Origin: an uncultured Pseudomonadales bacterium
GTDB lineage: Bacteria > Patescibacteriota > Microgenomatia > UBA1400 > PJMF01
Assembly (NCBI GenBank): GCA_964650185.1
Contig: CAZYRN010000006.1
Coordinates: 168 to 64,167, forward strand
DNA: 64,000 nucleotides
Reading direction: 5' to 3'
Part shown: positions 18,236 to 28,264 of the stretch, one piece after another
Numbering within the stretch: the stretch's first letter is position 1
How the letters are laid out: each line of letters begins with the position of its first letter
Position numbers and translations under genes: made by a program
Notes under the pieces: model-generated
Databases searched by the model: none
Seen by the model: the letters and a program-made list of their open reading frames with translations, nothing else
Told to the model about the DNA's origin: nothing

Positions 18236-18355
18236 CTCGATGCTCGTCGAATAAATAATTTGCTGAAGATCGGACTTGTCCTTCATTCAGACCTCGAAGG
18301 AATCACCGTTGCGGCACAGTTGCAGATTTTCACTGCATTCCACAGCAGCTTCAGC
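18236..18355 (-). ncRNA. Cobalamin riboswitch (short, Cbl-II/AdoCbl-variant-like)
   Basis: Minus strand GCTGAAG...GGAA-TGCAG-TGAAAAT-CTGCA-ACTGT-GCCGCA-ACGGTGA...AGTCCGAT-CTTCAGC: closing helix, T-loop hairpin, P5 hairpin and B12-box-like AGTCCGA. A downstream hairpin TCGA-CGAGCA-TCGA could form the kissing loop. Confidence 0.8.
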
Positions 18356-18433
18356 TTAGCATAATTATTAGCGGGGCGTAAAGCCGCTTTGATAAAAAAT
18401 AAGTCAGCTTTAATAGCATAAAGTTATAAATAT

Positions 18434-18462
18434 TTGACAATATGTAAAAAATACTATACATT
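18434..18462 (+). promoter_or_regulatory. sigma70 promoter with a possible XRE operator
   Basis: TTGACA-17 nt-TACATT; TGTA-N10-TACA dyad overlapping the spacer and -10. Confidence 0.65.
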
Positions 18463-18468
18463 ATGATT

Positions 18469-18888
18469 ATGAATCGAACTCAATTCCTCCGCTTTCGAGC
18501 TTTAGTCAGTTTGTTTGTCATGGCCCTCTTGATTGCCGCCACGACTTTAGAAAGCTATCTCTTAGCCACCGCAGCGGTTTTTACCGGCATGTTAATGCTG
18601 GCGATTGGGCGAGCCCGAACCAAAATTATCACTGATGAGCGCGATGAGATTATCCAAGATAAAGCAGCCCGAACGGCCTTTGCAATTTTTGCGCCAACAA
18701 TTGGCCTAGGTGCTTTTCTAATGTTATTTCCGTCTTTGAGTCAGTTGGAGGTGTTTGCCAAAGGTGACTTTCTCTTTCTCGAGTCTGTGGGAATGATCTT
18801 TGCCTATTTAGCTTTATTTATCATCGTGCTTTATGCCATTTCCTATCTTTATTTTAATCGCAAGTTTGGGGGCAGTCGTGAAAAATAA
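18469..18888 (+). CDS. DUF2178-like membrane protein
   Basis: 4 TM helices and DER...I..KAA motif; adjacent to an XRE gene. Confidence 0.75.
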   Translation: MNRTQFLRFRALVSLFVMALLIAATTLESYLLATAAVFTGMLMLAIGRARTKIITDERDEIIQDKAARTAFAIFAPTIGLGAFLMLFPSLSQLEVFAKGDFLFLESVGMIFAYLALFIIVLYAISYLYFNRKFGGSREK

Positions 18889-19081
18889 GATTAAAGTCTA
18901 TCGGGCCATGCACGATTTGACCCAGGAGCAGTTGGCGGACCAAATTGGTGTCAGCCGCCAGACTGTTAACGCCATCGAAAGTGATAAATATTTACCGTCG
19001 CTAGGTTTGGCTTTTAAAATTTCCCGATTATTTAATGTGGCGATAGAAGAAGTATTTATTGATACAGAAAATAAGGAGTAA
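18878..19081 (+). CDS. XRE-family HTH regulator
   Basis: GTG start; KNKIKVYRA..DLTQEQLA..IGVSRQTVNAIE..KY.PSL.LA. Confidence 0.92.
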   Translation: MKNKIKVYRAMHDLTQEQLADQIGVSRQTVNAIESDKYLPSLGLAFKISRLFNVAIEEVFIDTENKE

Positions 19082-19082
19082 G

Positions 19083-19499
19083 ATGACTCACCTTCACACT
19101 ATTAATTTTTTAAAGAATAAAATCCTTTTTCTAGCTGCCATTGGTTTAAGCATTTTTGCTCTCTTTTTTGTGATTGGCAGCACTTGGATTGGATTTGAAA
19201 TGAAAAATCAGTGCCAGTTTGCTCAACACCAATATGGCGGCGAATGTGTTGATGCTCTCATCAGTCAGCTTGAGGATGAAAGTCAAAATAACCATGCGCG
19301 AAATGATGCAGTTTGGGCCTTGGGACAGCTGGGGGATGAGCGGGCCTTGCCTGTTTTGCAAAGCTTTTATACTGGCGTCATTCCTGAACGAGAACCCTAT
19401 GATACTGTTTTAAGTCAATATGAGTTGAAAAAAGCGATCAACCTAACTAGCGGCGGGACGAATATTTCCGCTTTCATCTGGCGCGGTTTAGTCAATTGA
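19083..19499 (+). CDS. Membrane-anchored HEAT/PBS-lyase-like repeat protein
   Basis: N-terminal TM helix; RNDAVWALGQLGDERALPVL; SD AAGGAG. Confidence 0.75.
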   Translation: MTHLHTINFLKNKILFLAAIGLSIFALFFVIGSTWIGFEMKNQCQFAQHQYGGECVDALISQLEDESQNNHARNDAVWALGQLGDERALPVLQSFYTGVIPEREPYDTVLSQYELKKAINLTSGGTNISAFIWRGLVN

Positions 19500-19550
19500 A
19501 GTCAGGCAGCTAAACAATAAAATCTTGTTTTAATCAGTTATAATAGTGGT

Positions 19551-20348
19551 ATGAAAATTAAACTGGGCTTATTGATAGCCTTTATCCTTTTATTATTAGC
19601 TGCACTGAACTGGAATATGTTTTTTCCTAATCGGCAGCAATCCACGGGCGAGTCAGAGTCAGCAGATTTAGCCATGTCAGCCTCAGACCAGGAGATGATG
19701 TTGCCTGGATTTCCCATTGATGAAATTCCCTTTTATCAAGTTATACAGGTGAGCTCCATTAAATTTTTTGTGAATGATGATCCGACCCATTTTGGGACTT
19801 ATTTAGAAAGACCAGTTAACTATTACAATGTTGTTTTTGAAAGTGAGGCTGGACCAGAGGAAACTCTAGCCTATTATCGGTCGCTAATGAGTGAGGTTAA
19901 TCAGGAAGAATTGCCAGTGGAGCAAGTTCAGGGAAAAATTGGCAAGTACAAATTATCAGCTTCTCATTATGGTGAAAATCCGGAAAACTATGTCTATCTC
20001 GAGGTGTTTTTACCTCAAGATGAGTTTCAGAAAGAAAATCGCTTCTTCGATGATTATCCAGCTGTAGTTGAAATTGATCCTAATTGGAATGAGTACGAAA
20101 GTAGTTTCGGCTATCTCAACCAAAAGGGCGGCGAAATTGAATACACCCAGTATTTTGATTTTCCAGAAAACGAAGATGAGATAATAGCTAGCTATCTGGA
20201 AAAATATCAGGATAAAACTGAGTTTAACTACAATGAAGAAAGTGGCCTGATGACTTGGCAGGATGGAGAAAATAAAGTGTATCTGACATTTTCCAAGGAT
20301 CACGGCCGCATTTACTTAATGATGAGACAGCCGCGAGTGAAAAAATAA
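19551..20348 (+). CDS. Hypothetical exported protein
   Basis: N-terminal signal/TM segment, acidic 265-aa ORF, TATAAT 6 nt upstream of the ATG. Confidence 0.75.
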   Translation: MKIKLGLLIAFILLLLAALNWNMFFPNRQQSTGESESADLAMSASDQEMMLPGFPIDEIPFYQVIQVSSIKFFVNDDPTHFGTYLERPVNYYNVVFESEAGPEETLAYYRSLMSEVNQEELPVEQVQGKIGKYKLSASHYGENPENYVYLEVFLPQDEFQKENRFFDDYPAVVEIDPNWNEYESSFGYLNQKGGEIEYTQYFDFPENEDEIIASYLEKYQDKTEFNYNEESGLMTWQDGENKVYLTFSKDHGRIYLMMRQPRVKK

Positions 20349-20350
20349 AC

Positions 20351-21367
20351 TTAGCTTGGCAGCGAAATGGTGATGGTAGTACCTTTGCCAACTCGACTTT
20401 GGGCATTAATAGTACCACGGTGCTGTCTGATAATTTTCTGAGCAATTGCCAAACCCAAACCAAAACCATCTTGTTGCGATCTAGATTTATCAGCACGATA
20501 AAAACGATCAAAAATATGCGGTAGATCTTGAGGAGAGATGCCCTTGCCCTGATCAGAAATGGTCAAAATCACTTGATGCTTATCTTGAACTGCCTCAATC
20601 TCAATTTGACTCTGAGCGGGACTATACTTGATAGCATTATCCAAAATAGTCACTAGCGCTTCTATTAATGAGGGGGTGTGCGCCATGACTGACAGTTGTG
20701 GCACGTCTGTAACGAATTTAATTTGTTTTTGTTTTGCTAAAACTGCCACTCGCTTGACAGCCGCTGTGACTATTTTTGACAATGAAACTTTTTTAAAGCT
20801 AGTTGGTGCAGTAAAATTTTGAGTTTGAGAAAACTTAAGCAGCCGATCGGTTAAGTGCTGCAAAGTTGCTACCTCTTCCAGATTGCTGTTTAGAATTTGC
20901 CGAGTTTTTTTCTCGCTGAGTTTCTTTTCTAATAAATTGCTTTCCAGCTCTGCCCGAAGTGTTGCTAAGGGTGTGCGCAGTTCGTGAGAAGCATTAGAGA
21001 TAAACTCGTTTTGTTCATCTACCATCTTTTTAATGGGTTGTAAGGTACGTCCTGCCAAATAATACCCAGCTCCGCCAGCAATCATGAGGATGACACCGTT
21101 AACTAGCAACAGAGCTGTGAGAGTTCTTTGCCGCAGTTCTTCCAGCTCAACTAAGTGGGGTAAATTGCGGCCTCTTTCTAAAAATCTTGGTCCCAGACCA
21201 GGTGCATCAGCTGGTAGATTCATGGTACTACGAATAATTAGCCGTTGAATTTCTCGAGTAGAAACTTGATAAAATGCCAAACTGAAAATGACGCTGACGA
21301 TCATAATAATGATCAGGTATTGCAGCGTGATTTTTAAGCGGGCAGACTCAAATAACTCATTTTTCAT
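20351..21367 (-). CDS. Sensor histidine kinase (HisKA + HATPase)
   Basis: 2 TM helices, ASHELRTP, NAIKYS, DQGKGI and GFGLGLAI. Confidence 0.95.
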   Translation of the reverse strand: MKNELFESARLKITLQYLIIIMIVSVIFSLAFYQVSTREIQRLIIRSTMNLPADAPGLGPRFLERGRNLPHLVELEELRQRTLTALLLVNGVILMIAGGAGYYLAGRTLQPIKKMVDEQNEFISNASHELRTPLATLRAELESNLLEKKLSEKKTRQILNSNLEEVATLQHLTDRLLKFSQTQNFTAPTSFKKVSLSKIVTAAVKRVAVLAKQKQIKFVTDVPQLSVMAHTPSLIEALVTILDNAIKYSPAQSQIEIEAVQDKHQVILTISDQGKGISPQDLPHIFDRFYRADKSRSQQDGFGLGLAIAQKIIRQHRGTINAQSRVGKGTTITISLPS

Positions 21368-22031
21368 CAGTGATCTCATAACCGAAGCCTCTTACGGTCT
21401 GAATTAACTGATCGTGAAAAGGTTTTTCGATTTTATCTCTTAAATTTTTAATATGGACTTCAATGGTACTAGGTAAGATGTCATTCTCATAGTTCCAGAC
21501 GTGGGCGATGAGCTGTTCTTTTGAAATAACTTTATTTTTATTAAGCAGCAAATATTCTAAAATGGCAAACTCTTTGGCAGAAAGTGAGATTTCTTCGCTC
21601 TCACGCTCTACCTTGAGTGAAACAGGATCAAGTGTTAGATTTTTAACTTTGAGCAGGGGAGTTGGATTTAGATGAGACCGTCTCATTAAGGCTCTAATTC
21701 GGGAAAATAACTCATCAAAAGAAAATGGTTTCACTAAATAATCATCGGCACCACAATCCAGGCCGGACACTCTATCTTTGAGCTGGCCTTTAGCAGTTAG
21801 CATCAAAATGGGAGTAGAATTATTTTCCGCACGAAGCTGCTGGCAAATTTGCATGCCATCTAAACTAGGCAGCATCAGATCTAAAATAATCAGATCAAAA
21901 GTTTCAGAGCTGGCGAGCCCATATCCCTCCTCACCGTCATGGGTTATATCGACGGCGTAGTGTTGGAGTTCAAGGGCTCTTTTGATTGCTTTGGCCAGCT
22001 TTATTTCATCTTCAATGACGAGTATTCTCAT
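21357..22031 (-). CDS. OmpR-family response regulator
   Basis: IED, DLMLP, LTA, GADDYLVKPF and TVRGFGY. Confidence 0.96.
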   Translation of the reverse strand: MRILVIEDEIKLAKAIKRALELQHYAVDITHDGEEGYGLASSETFDLIILDLMLPSLDGMQICQQLRAENNSTPILMLTAKGQLKDRVSGLDCGADDYLVKPFSFDELFSRIRALMRRSHLNPTPLLKVKNLTLDPVSLKVERESEEISLSAKEFAILEYLLLNKNKVISKEQLIAHVWNYENDILPSTIEVHIKNLRDKIEKPFHDQLIQTVRGFGYEITDEK

Positions 22032-22048
22032 TGATAGCTATTCTACAC

Positions 22049-22552
22049 CTATTTTCTACCAGCCCTATTTCTGACGCCAACTTGTGGTGCAATGACTGCT
22101 GGGTCAATGCCGTTTTCAGCTGCCCATTTTTCCAGCTCTTCATGTTTGGCAGCCATTTCTTCGCGTCTTGCTGTCATTTCAGCTTGAGCTTGGCTATCAA
22201 ATTGACCATTCATCATCATTCTGATGGGTTTAAGACCTAGTTCAGCTTTTTTCTGGATCAGTGACTGTTTTTGCTCTTCAGTCATAGTTCCTTCCTCAAC
22301 TAGCTGAGTGAGTCTAGTTTCTTGATCCTGCAATCTTACTCGCTCTCGGTCCTGGTGGACTTCGTTAAAGACAGTTTCCACCTCGTTTTGATTCAGATTG
22401 AATCGTTCTGATAGTTTGCCAATGACATCAGAAAAAGGCCGATTAGCTCTAACTGGAGCAGTTTCTGCCTGTACTGGCGTGGTGCTGAGTAAGGCACCTC
22501 CTAAGATAATTAATGATGACCCTGCGAGAAGAAATTTTTGTTTAGTTTTCAT
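22049..22552 (-). CDS. Exported helical protein next to the two-component system
   Basis: Signal peptide and strong SD. An upstream CTTAAG-N5-CTGAAG direct repeat could be an OmpR-type site. Confidence 0.7.
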   Translation of the reverse strand: MKTKQKFLLAGSSLIILGGALLSTTPVQAETAPVRANRPFSDVIGKLSERFNLNQNEVETVFNEVHQDRERVRLQDQETRLTQLVEEGTMTEEQKQSLIQKKAELGLKPIRMMMNGQFDSQAQAEMTARREEMAAKHEELEKWAAENGIDPAVIAPQVGVRNRAGRK

Positions 22553-22615
22553 AGCTCTTCCCTCCTTTCATAAACCAAATCTAACTGATGAAACTTAAGA
22601 AATGCTGAAGTGGAG

Positions 22616-23671
22616 TTAAAGTGAACTGGCTAAAGATTTTCTTTCCATAATCACCATCCACAGCACGAGGCCGGCATAGAGAGATAGCTCCGCCACTTCA
22701 GACCAAGAGTGCCAGATACCCCACTCAACTCGCAGCTGCTGCACGAAATAAATCAAAGGCAGGACGAAATATCCAATTAAATGTTGGAGTGGAGCCAAGA
22801 TCTCATATTTTTGAAGTGATTTGATTGAGCGGATAAGAACTCCGCCTAGTGTGCCAAATAAACTGAGAGCAGTGTAAGCATAGATGACCAGCCACTCGAC
22901 CGCATAGAGATTGTGAAAAGTTAGTTCTTCTTGGCGATTTACCTCTTTAACCGCCTCACTCACTTCTAAACCCAATAAACGCTGACCCCAAGCAATCTCA
23001 TCTCCGGCCACGGCCGCAAAACCAATAATCGCTGCTAAGGTAATGGCTGTTCTAAGCCAGTGTTTTTTCCGCCAGTGTGAGAGCAGGGCTGGCAGCAAGC
23101 CGAGTGAGCCAAGCGCAAGCACCCAAAATTGGAGATTTTCCACGAGGTGATCCTCTTTTACCAGCTCTTTGAAAAAATTCATTGGCCATAAACTGGCTAG
23201 ATAAAAAAGAGCCAAGGCAATGAAAGGCAACCAGAAAACCACCTGGGTCCAACATTTTTGCCACCAGGATTTAGTTTGCAGCAACAATAAGCTTAAACTA
23301 GCAAAAACTAATCCGACCGTTAGCTGATTGAGATTAAGATGAGTAAGAGAGAAGACAGCGTTAGGATGACGCCCGACACCGTAGCAGGTTAAACCCGTTA
23401 CAGCTAAGGTTAAAACCAGAATTAGCGTCATTAAAAGAAACCTAGCGGCTGGAATGAGGTTAATCAATGGCTGCTGCCAACGCCATACAGCCACGAGAAT
23501 TAAGCCTGGTACAACCAAGTCAGCTGCAGAGATGCCAATCAAATTATGCACAGTTTCTTGACTGCCAATGCTATCTAAACCAACCAAGCATAATATTCCC
23601 AAGATTATGGCAGAAAAAAGATAATCAAAATTATTTTTTGAAGTGAAATAACTTAGCCAGGGTTTGAGCAT
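22616..23671 (-). CDS. Multi-TM hypothetical protein
   Basis: About 10 hydrophobic helices; EDHLVE, DEIAWGQR and N.Q.E..FHN motifs. Confidence 0.75.
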   Translation of the reverse strand: MLKPWLSYFTSKNNFDYLFSAIILGILCLVGLDSIGSQETVHNLIGISAADLVVPGLILVAVWRWQQPLINLIPAARFLLMTLILVLTLAVTGLTCYGVGRHPNAVFSLTHLNLNQLTVGLVFASLSLLLLQTKSWWQKCWTQVVFWLPFIALALFYLASLWPMNFFKELVKEDHLVENLQFWVLALGSLGLLPALLSHWRKKHWLRTAITLAAIIGFAAVAGDEIAWGQRLLGLEVSEAVKEVNRQEELTFHNLYAVEWLVIYAYTALSLFGTLGGVLIRSIKSLQKYEILAPLQHLIGYFVLPLIYFVQQLRVEWGIWHSWSEVAELSLYAGLVLWMVIMERKSLASSL

Positions 23672-23708
23672 GGCTAAATTATAGCAAGAGATGATAGTAA
23701 TTTCCCAG

Positions 23709-23749
23709 TTGACACTTTCTATTTACATATTCTAAAATTCGAATATGTA
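23709..23749 (+). promoter_or_regulatory. Promoter and ArsR-type operator of the copper operon
   Basis: TTGACA(23709)-18 nt-TAAAAT; the perfect inverted repeat TACATATTC-N8-GAATATGTA (23724-23749) covers the -10 box and the ATG. Confidence 0.8.
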
Positions 23750-24254
23750 TTCTGAAATCTTTGAATTGCAAGCTCAGCTGCTAAAATCTTTAGCCCATCC
23801 CCGCCGCCTGGAAATTATCCATTTATTAAGAGAGGCGGAACTGCCGGTTAATGATATTCACACTATGCTTGATTTACCTCAAGCGAACATTAGTCAGCAT
23901 CTTATGCTCCTGAGAGATGCGGGGGTGGTGACGACTCGCAAAGAGGGCAAGCAGATTTATTACCGGCTTAGTCATCCGCAAATTATTGAAGCCTGCGATG
24001 TCTTGAGAGAGATTTTAATTGCTAAGTTGAAGAAGCAGGAGCAGCAGCTTGATGTCAAATTAGCTGATGAGATTTTGGCAAAAATGTCTGATTTTGTGCC
24101 AGTGACCCATGATCCTGTGTGCCAGATGAGAGTCTCGCCAAAAACAGCCGGTTTTCACTTACATTATCATAGCCAAGATTATTATTTTTGTGCCAGCGGC
24201 TGTCTGAAAAAATTTCAAGAAAATCCTAGTAAATATGAGACAAAACATGACTAA
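23745..24254 (+). CDS. ArsR/SmtB repressor fused to a YHS domain
   Basis: LAHPRRLEI, SQHL..LR.AG.V, then DPVCQM...YYFCASGC..KF..NP.KY. Confidence 0.9.
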   Translation: MYSEIFELQAQLLKSLAHPRRLEIIHLLREAELPVNDIHTMLDLPQANISQHLMLLRDAGVVTTRKEGKQIYYRLSHPQIIEACDVLREILIAKLKKQEQQLDVKLADEILAKMSDFVPVTHDPVCQMRVSPKTAGFHLHYHSQDYYFCASGCLKKFQENPSKYETKHD

Positions 24255-26640
24255 AACTAAGCAATCTGTTTCTCCATCCGTCCACCAGCCGCAGACAATG
24301 AATGTGATTGGCATGCATTGTGCTTCATGCGCGCAAAATATTAAAAGACGGTTATCAAAAGTGGATGGGGTTGAAGTGTGCGAGGTTAATTATGGGACTG
24401 AGACTGCTCAAATTGCCTATGATCCGCAGCAGACATCTTTAGCAAAGTTAAATCAAGAAATAGGCAAATTGGGCTATTCATTAGCGGCGTCGGCAAATTC
24501 AGTTTCGCCGGCCCAGCATGATCAGACTCAGCACGACCACGAGCCCGACCGCGCTTCTCCCGACCATCAGCACGATCACGGTGTCCATATTGAGGTCATT
24601 TCTGATCAAGCTACGAGAGAGCGGAAGCTGGCCGAGTTAGCGGTCGTAAAAAAACAGGTCATAATTTCTTTGCCATTAATTCTGATCAGTATTTTTACCA
24701 TGATTTGGGAGTTGGGCGCTGGCAGCTGGCTGCCCATGCTGCCAGTGGTGGATCAACTATTAATGCACTTACTGCCCGTTCTGGCAACTTATATGTTGTT
24801 TGTGGTGGGTCAGCCTTATTTAGCAGCGGTAGTGAGATTCATCAAGTACCGAGTCGCGAACATGGACACATTGGTCGGCATCGGGACGCTGGTCGCTTTC
24901 TTATATAGTTTAACTTTGTCTGCCTTGGCTCCAGTTTTAGAAACTTTTGTCGATACTAATCAGCATTACTACGATGTGACCATTGTGGTGATTGGGTTTA
25001 TTACTTTAGGTAAATATTTAGAACAGCGTTCCAAACTTAAAACTGGCGAGGCGATTGAAAAACTGCTGAACCTGCAGGCCAAAAAAGCCCTAGTGTTGCG
25101 GGATGGTCAGGAAATTGAAGTGCCGGTTGAAGAGGTGCTGGTTGGAGAAATTGTTCTAATCAAACCTGGGCAAAAAGTGCCAGTGGATGGTGAACTTATT
25201 AAAGGTCTTACTTCGATTGATGAGTCGATGATCACTGGAGAGCCAATCCCAGTCGATAAAGAGCCGGGTGATCAGCTGATTGGTGCCACCATCAATAAAC
25301 AAGGCTCGGTGCAGATGAGAGCGACTCAAGTGGGCGGGGAGACGATGCTGTCACAAATCATTAAGATGGTTGAGACGGCTCAGGGTTCCAAGGCGCCAAT
25401 TGAGCGTTTGGCTGATCAGATTTCGGCGGTGTTTGTGCCAGTGGTATTAGTGTTGGCGTTAGTGGTGTTTTTAACCTGGTTAATTGTGGGTTCACAGTTT
25501 ATGCCTGGCTCACAAGCATTAGCGCTGGGCGTTATTAGTACAGTGGGTGTGTTGGTGATCGCATGTCCGTGCGCCATGGGTTTAGCCACGCCCACTGCTG
25601 TCATTGTTGGAGTGGGCAAAGCGGCGCAATCAGGAATTTTAGTTAAAAATGCCGAAAACTTAGAAAGATTAAATCAGGTCAATTATGTCGTGCTAGATAA
25701 AACCGGCACGGTGACTCAAGGCAAACCTGAGGTCGCTGAGGTAAAAATTGCCACCAATTTAGCGGATAAGTTTAGTGAGCAGGAACTGCTACAAATTGTC
25801 GGTTCGTTGGAAAAGCTGTCGGAACATCCGTTAGCTCAGGCAATTGTTGACTACGCCGTTAGTGAAAAGATCAAATTAGCTGAAGTGAGTGAGTTTGCCA
25901 TGATGGCAGGCAAAGGTTTGCGAGGCAAGATTGACGGTCAGCGCTATTGGGCAGGCAACTTAGCTTTGGCGGAAGAGCTGTCATTAGCTGTTGATGAAGT
26001 GTTGATTGATCGCTTTGCCAGTGAGGGAAAAACCCCGATTGTGGTGATGTCTGAGAAAAAAGTTTTAGGCTATTTAGCGTTGGCGGACACGATCAGACCA
26101 GATGCAGCTGCCACTATTAAAGAGCTGCATCGAGCTGGTAAAAAGGTAGCTTTATTAACTGGTGATAATCACAAAACAGCTCAGTTTATAGCGGATCAGC
26201 TACAGATTGACCAAGTGATGGCAGAAGTGCTGCCAGGTGACAAAGCGGCTGAGGTGCAGCGTTTGCAAGATCAAGGCTATGTGGTGGCGATGGTGGGCGA
26301 TGGCATTAATGATGCGCCAGCCTTAGCTACTGCTGACGTGGGAATTGCCATGGGGACGGGTACCGATGTGGCTATTGAGTCAGCTGGGATAACTTTACTA
26401 GGAGGTCAGCTAGCTAAACTCAGTCAGGCAGTGAAGTTGTCAGCCGCCACCATGAAAACTATCAAACAAAATTTGTTTTGGGCTTTCTTTTATAACGTCA
26501 TTGGTATTCCAGTGGCAGCAGGTGTGCTTTATCCTTTCTTTGGCATCTTGCTTAGTCCTGCTATTGCTGGAGCAGCCATGGCATTTTCAAGTGTGTCTGT
26601 GGTGCTAAATGCATTAAGATTAAAGACAGTCAAACTATAA
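24247..26640 (+). CDS. copA: Cu(I)-translocating P1B-1 ATPase
   Basis: GMHCASC metal-binding domain, His-rich linker, TGE, CPC, DKTGT, HP, GDGINDAP, YN and MAFSS. Confidence 0.93.
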   Translation: MTKTKQSVSPSVHQPQTMNVIGMHCASCAQNIKRRLSKVDGVEVCEVNYGTETAQIAYDPQQTSLAKLNQEIGKLGYSLAASANSVSPAQHDQTQHDHEPDRASPDHQHDHGVHIEVISDQATRERKLAELAVVKKQVIISLPLILISIFTMIWELGAGSWLPMLPVVDQLLMHLLPVLATYMLFVVGQPYLAAVVRFIKYRVANMDTLVGIGTLVAFLYSLTLSALAPVLETFVDTNQHYYDVTIVVIGFITLGKYLEQRSKLKTGEAIEKLLNLQAKKALVLRDGQEIEVPVEEVLVGEIVLIKPGQKVPVDGELIKGLTSIDESMITGEPIPVDKEPGDQLIGATINKQGSVQMRATQVGGETMLSQIIKMVETAQGSKAPIERLADQISAVFVPVVLVLALVVFLTWLIVGSQFMPGSQALALGVISTVGVLVIACPCAMGLATPTAVIVGVGKAAQSGILVKNAENLERLNQVNYVVLDKTGTVTQGKPEVAEVKIATNLADKFSEQELLQIVGSLEKLSEHPLAQAIVDYAVSEKIKLAEVSEFAMMAGKGLRGKIDGQRYWAGNLALAEELSLAVDEVLIDRFASEGKTPIVVMSEKKVLGYLALADTIRPDAAATIKELHRAGKKVALLTGDNHKTAQFIADQLQIDQVMAEVLPGDKAAEVQRLQDQGYVVAMVGDGINDAPALATADVGIAMGTGTDVAIESAGITLLGGQLAKLSQAVKLSAATMKTIKQNLFWAFFYNVIGIPVAAGVLYPFFGILLSPAIAGAAMAFSSVSVVLNALRLKTVKL

Positions 26641-26682
26641 GTTGTAATTGTCAGTATTAGAGGCATTATTAGAGGAGTGGTT

Positions 26683-27693
26683 ATGAACTTAGGCTTAATT
26701 TTTCTCACCGGACTTACCACGGGCGGGTTGTCCTGCTTGGCAATGCAGGGCGGTTTGTTGGCGGGAGCAGTGACAAATCAGAAAACTGTGTCGCAGCAGA
26801 ACTGGCTGCCGGTGGGCATGTTTTTGTTAACCAAACTAATTGCCCACACGATCTTGGGGGCGTTATTAGGAGCTTTAGGTTCAGTGATAAGTTTAAGTTT
26901 GGGAGTGAGATTAGGTTTTCAAATTTTTACGGCTTTGTTTATGTTCGCCACTGCCATGAATTTATTAGACGTTCATCCTATTTTTAGAGTGGTGGCATTT
27001 CAGCCGCCCAAGTTTTTACAGCGACTGGTTCGTAATTCCAGCAAGAGTCAGGCTTTATTTGCCCCGGCTGTTTTAGGAGCATTGACGATTTTTATTCCTT
27101 GCGGAGTGACGCAGGCGATGGAGGTATTGGCCATTAATATCGGTAATCCGGTAGCAGGCGCCTTAATCATGTTTGCTTTTGTGTTAGGCACATCACCGCT
27201 GTTTGCTTTATTGGGTTTAGCTGCAGCTAAGCTAAGCGAAGGTATGTATCAAGCTTTTTCTAAATTGGCGGCAGCGGTGTTAATCGGTATGGCAATTTAT
27301 GGAGTTAACGGCGTGTTGTTGGTGCTAGGATCACCTATCACTCTCAATAACATCACTAGACCAATTACCTACTTTTTTTCTGATGAAAGATTTGCCAAAG
27401 CAGATTATGCTGCTAACACGAATAATGGGATACAACAAGTAAATATAGAAGTATTGAATAATGGATACTCTCCTAGTTATGTCCGAGTCAAAGCGGGTGT
27501 ACCGGTGCAGCTGACACTAACCAGCAACGAAGTTTATTCATGTGCGCTATCATTTATTTTAAATGAATTCGGCATTAAGACTTTCCTAGCCGCGACCGAT
27601 CAGCAGACCTTTAGCTTTACACCAGAGCAGCCGGGCCGATATACCTATACCTGTTCCATGGGCATGTACAGCGGCATCTTAGAGGTAATTTAA
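26683..27693 (+). CDS. DsbD_2/TauE-like TM protein with a C-terminal cupredoxin domain
   Basis: SCLAMQGG and IPCG TM motifs; C-terminal YTCSMGMY. Confidence 0.85.
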   Translation: MNLGLIFLTGLTTGGLSCLAMQGGLLAGAVTNQKTVSQQNWLPVGMFLLTKLIAHTILGALLGALGSVISLSLGVRLGFQIFTALFMFATAMNLLDVHPIFRVVAFQPPKFLQRLVRNSSKSQALFAPAVLGALTIFIPCGVTQAMEVLAINIGNPVAGALIMFAFVLGTSPLFALLGLAAAKLSEGMYQAFSKLAAAVLIGMAIYGVNGVLLVLGSPITLNNITRPITYFFSDERFAKADYAANTNNGIQQVNIEVLNNGYSPSYVRVKAGVPVQLTLTSNEVYSCALSFILNEFGIKTFLAATDQQTFSFTPEQPGRYTYTCSMGMYSGILEVI

Positions 27694-27715
27694 TTAACAG
27701 ATATTTAAGGGAAAT

Positions 27716-27973
27716 ATGTGGTCAATTTTTAGCAGGAAATCAACTGAAAAAAGTAGTCAATATCAAACTGCCACTTTTAAAATTATTGGCATGCACTGTA
27801 CGAGCTGTAGCATGAACATTGATGGTGAATTAGAGGATACCACTGGCGTGATTAGTGCCAGCACTAGCTATGCTAAGTCGGAAACTAAGGTCGTTTTTGA
27901 TCCGAAAAAAATTCAGCCTAAAAAAATCCAACAGGTGATTGGCAGTTTGAATTATGAAGTAGAGCTTGCTTAA
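27716..27973 (+). CDS. Heavy-metal-associated (CopZ-like) chaperone
   Basis: GMHCTSC motif. Confidence 0.88.
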   Translation: MWSIFSRKSTEKSSQYQTATFKIIGMHCTSCSMNIDGELEDTTGVISASTSYAKSETKVVFDPKKIQPKKIQQVIGSLNYEVELA

Positions 27974-28264
27974 GCAAGATACTGCAGTGACCCTAATGAT
28001 GAGTAGTGTTCATTTAATTCATGGAGAGTTTTCATCTCGTCTGCGCTAAGCTTGAAGTCAAAAATATCCAGGTTTTCTGCTTGATGGTCTTTTTGATTAG
28101 CCCTAGGAATTGGTACGGTGGCGAAGTGACCCGTAGGTGGAACCAGATTTACCCTTCATTATATAGAACATATCTTCGACTTAAAGAACTTGGATATACG
28201 TATAACAACGGCCAAGTAATTGCACCTTCTGTGATTAATAAAAAACCAAGAAAGGAGGTGTATT

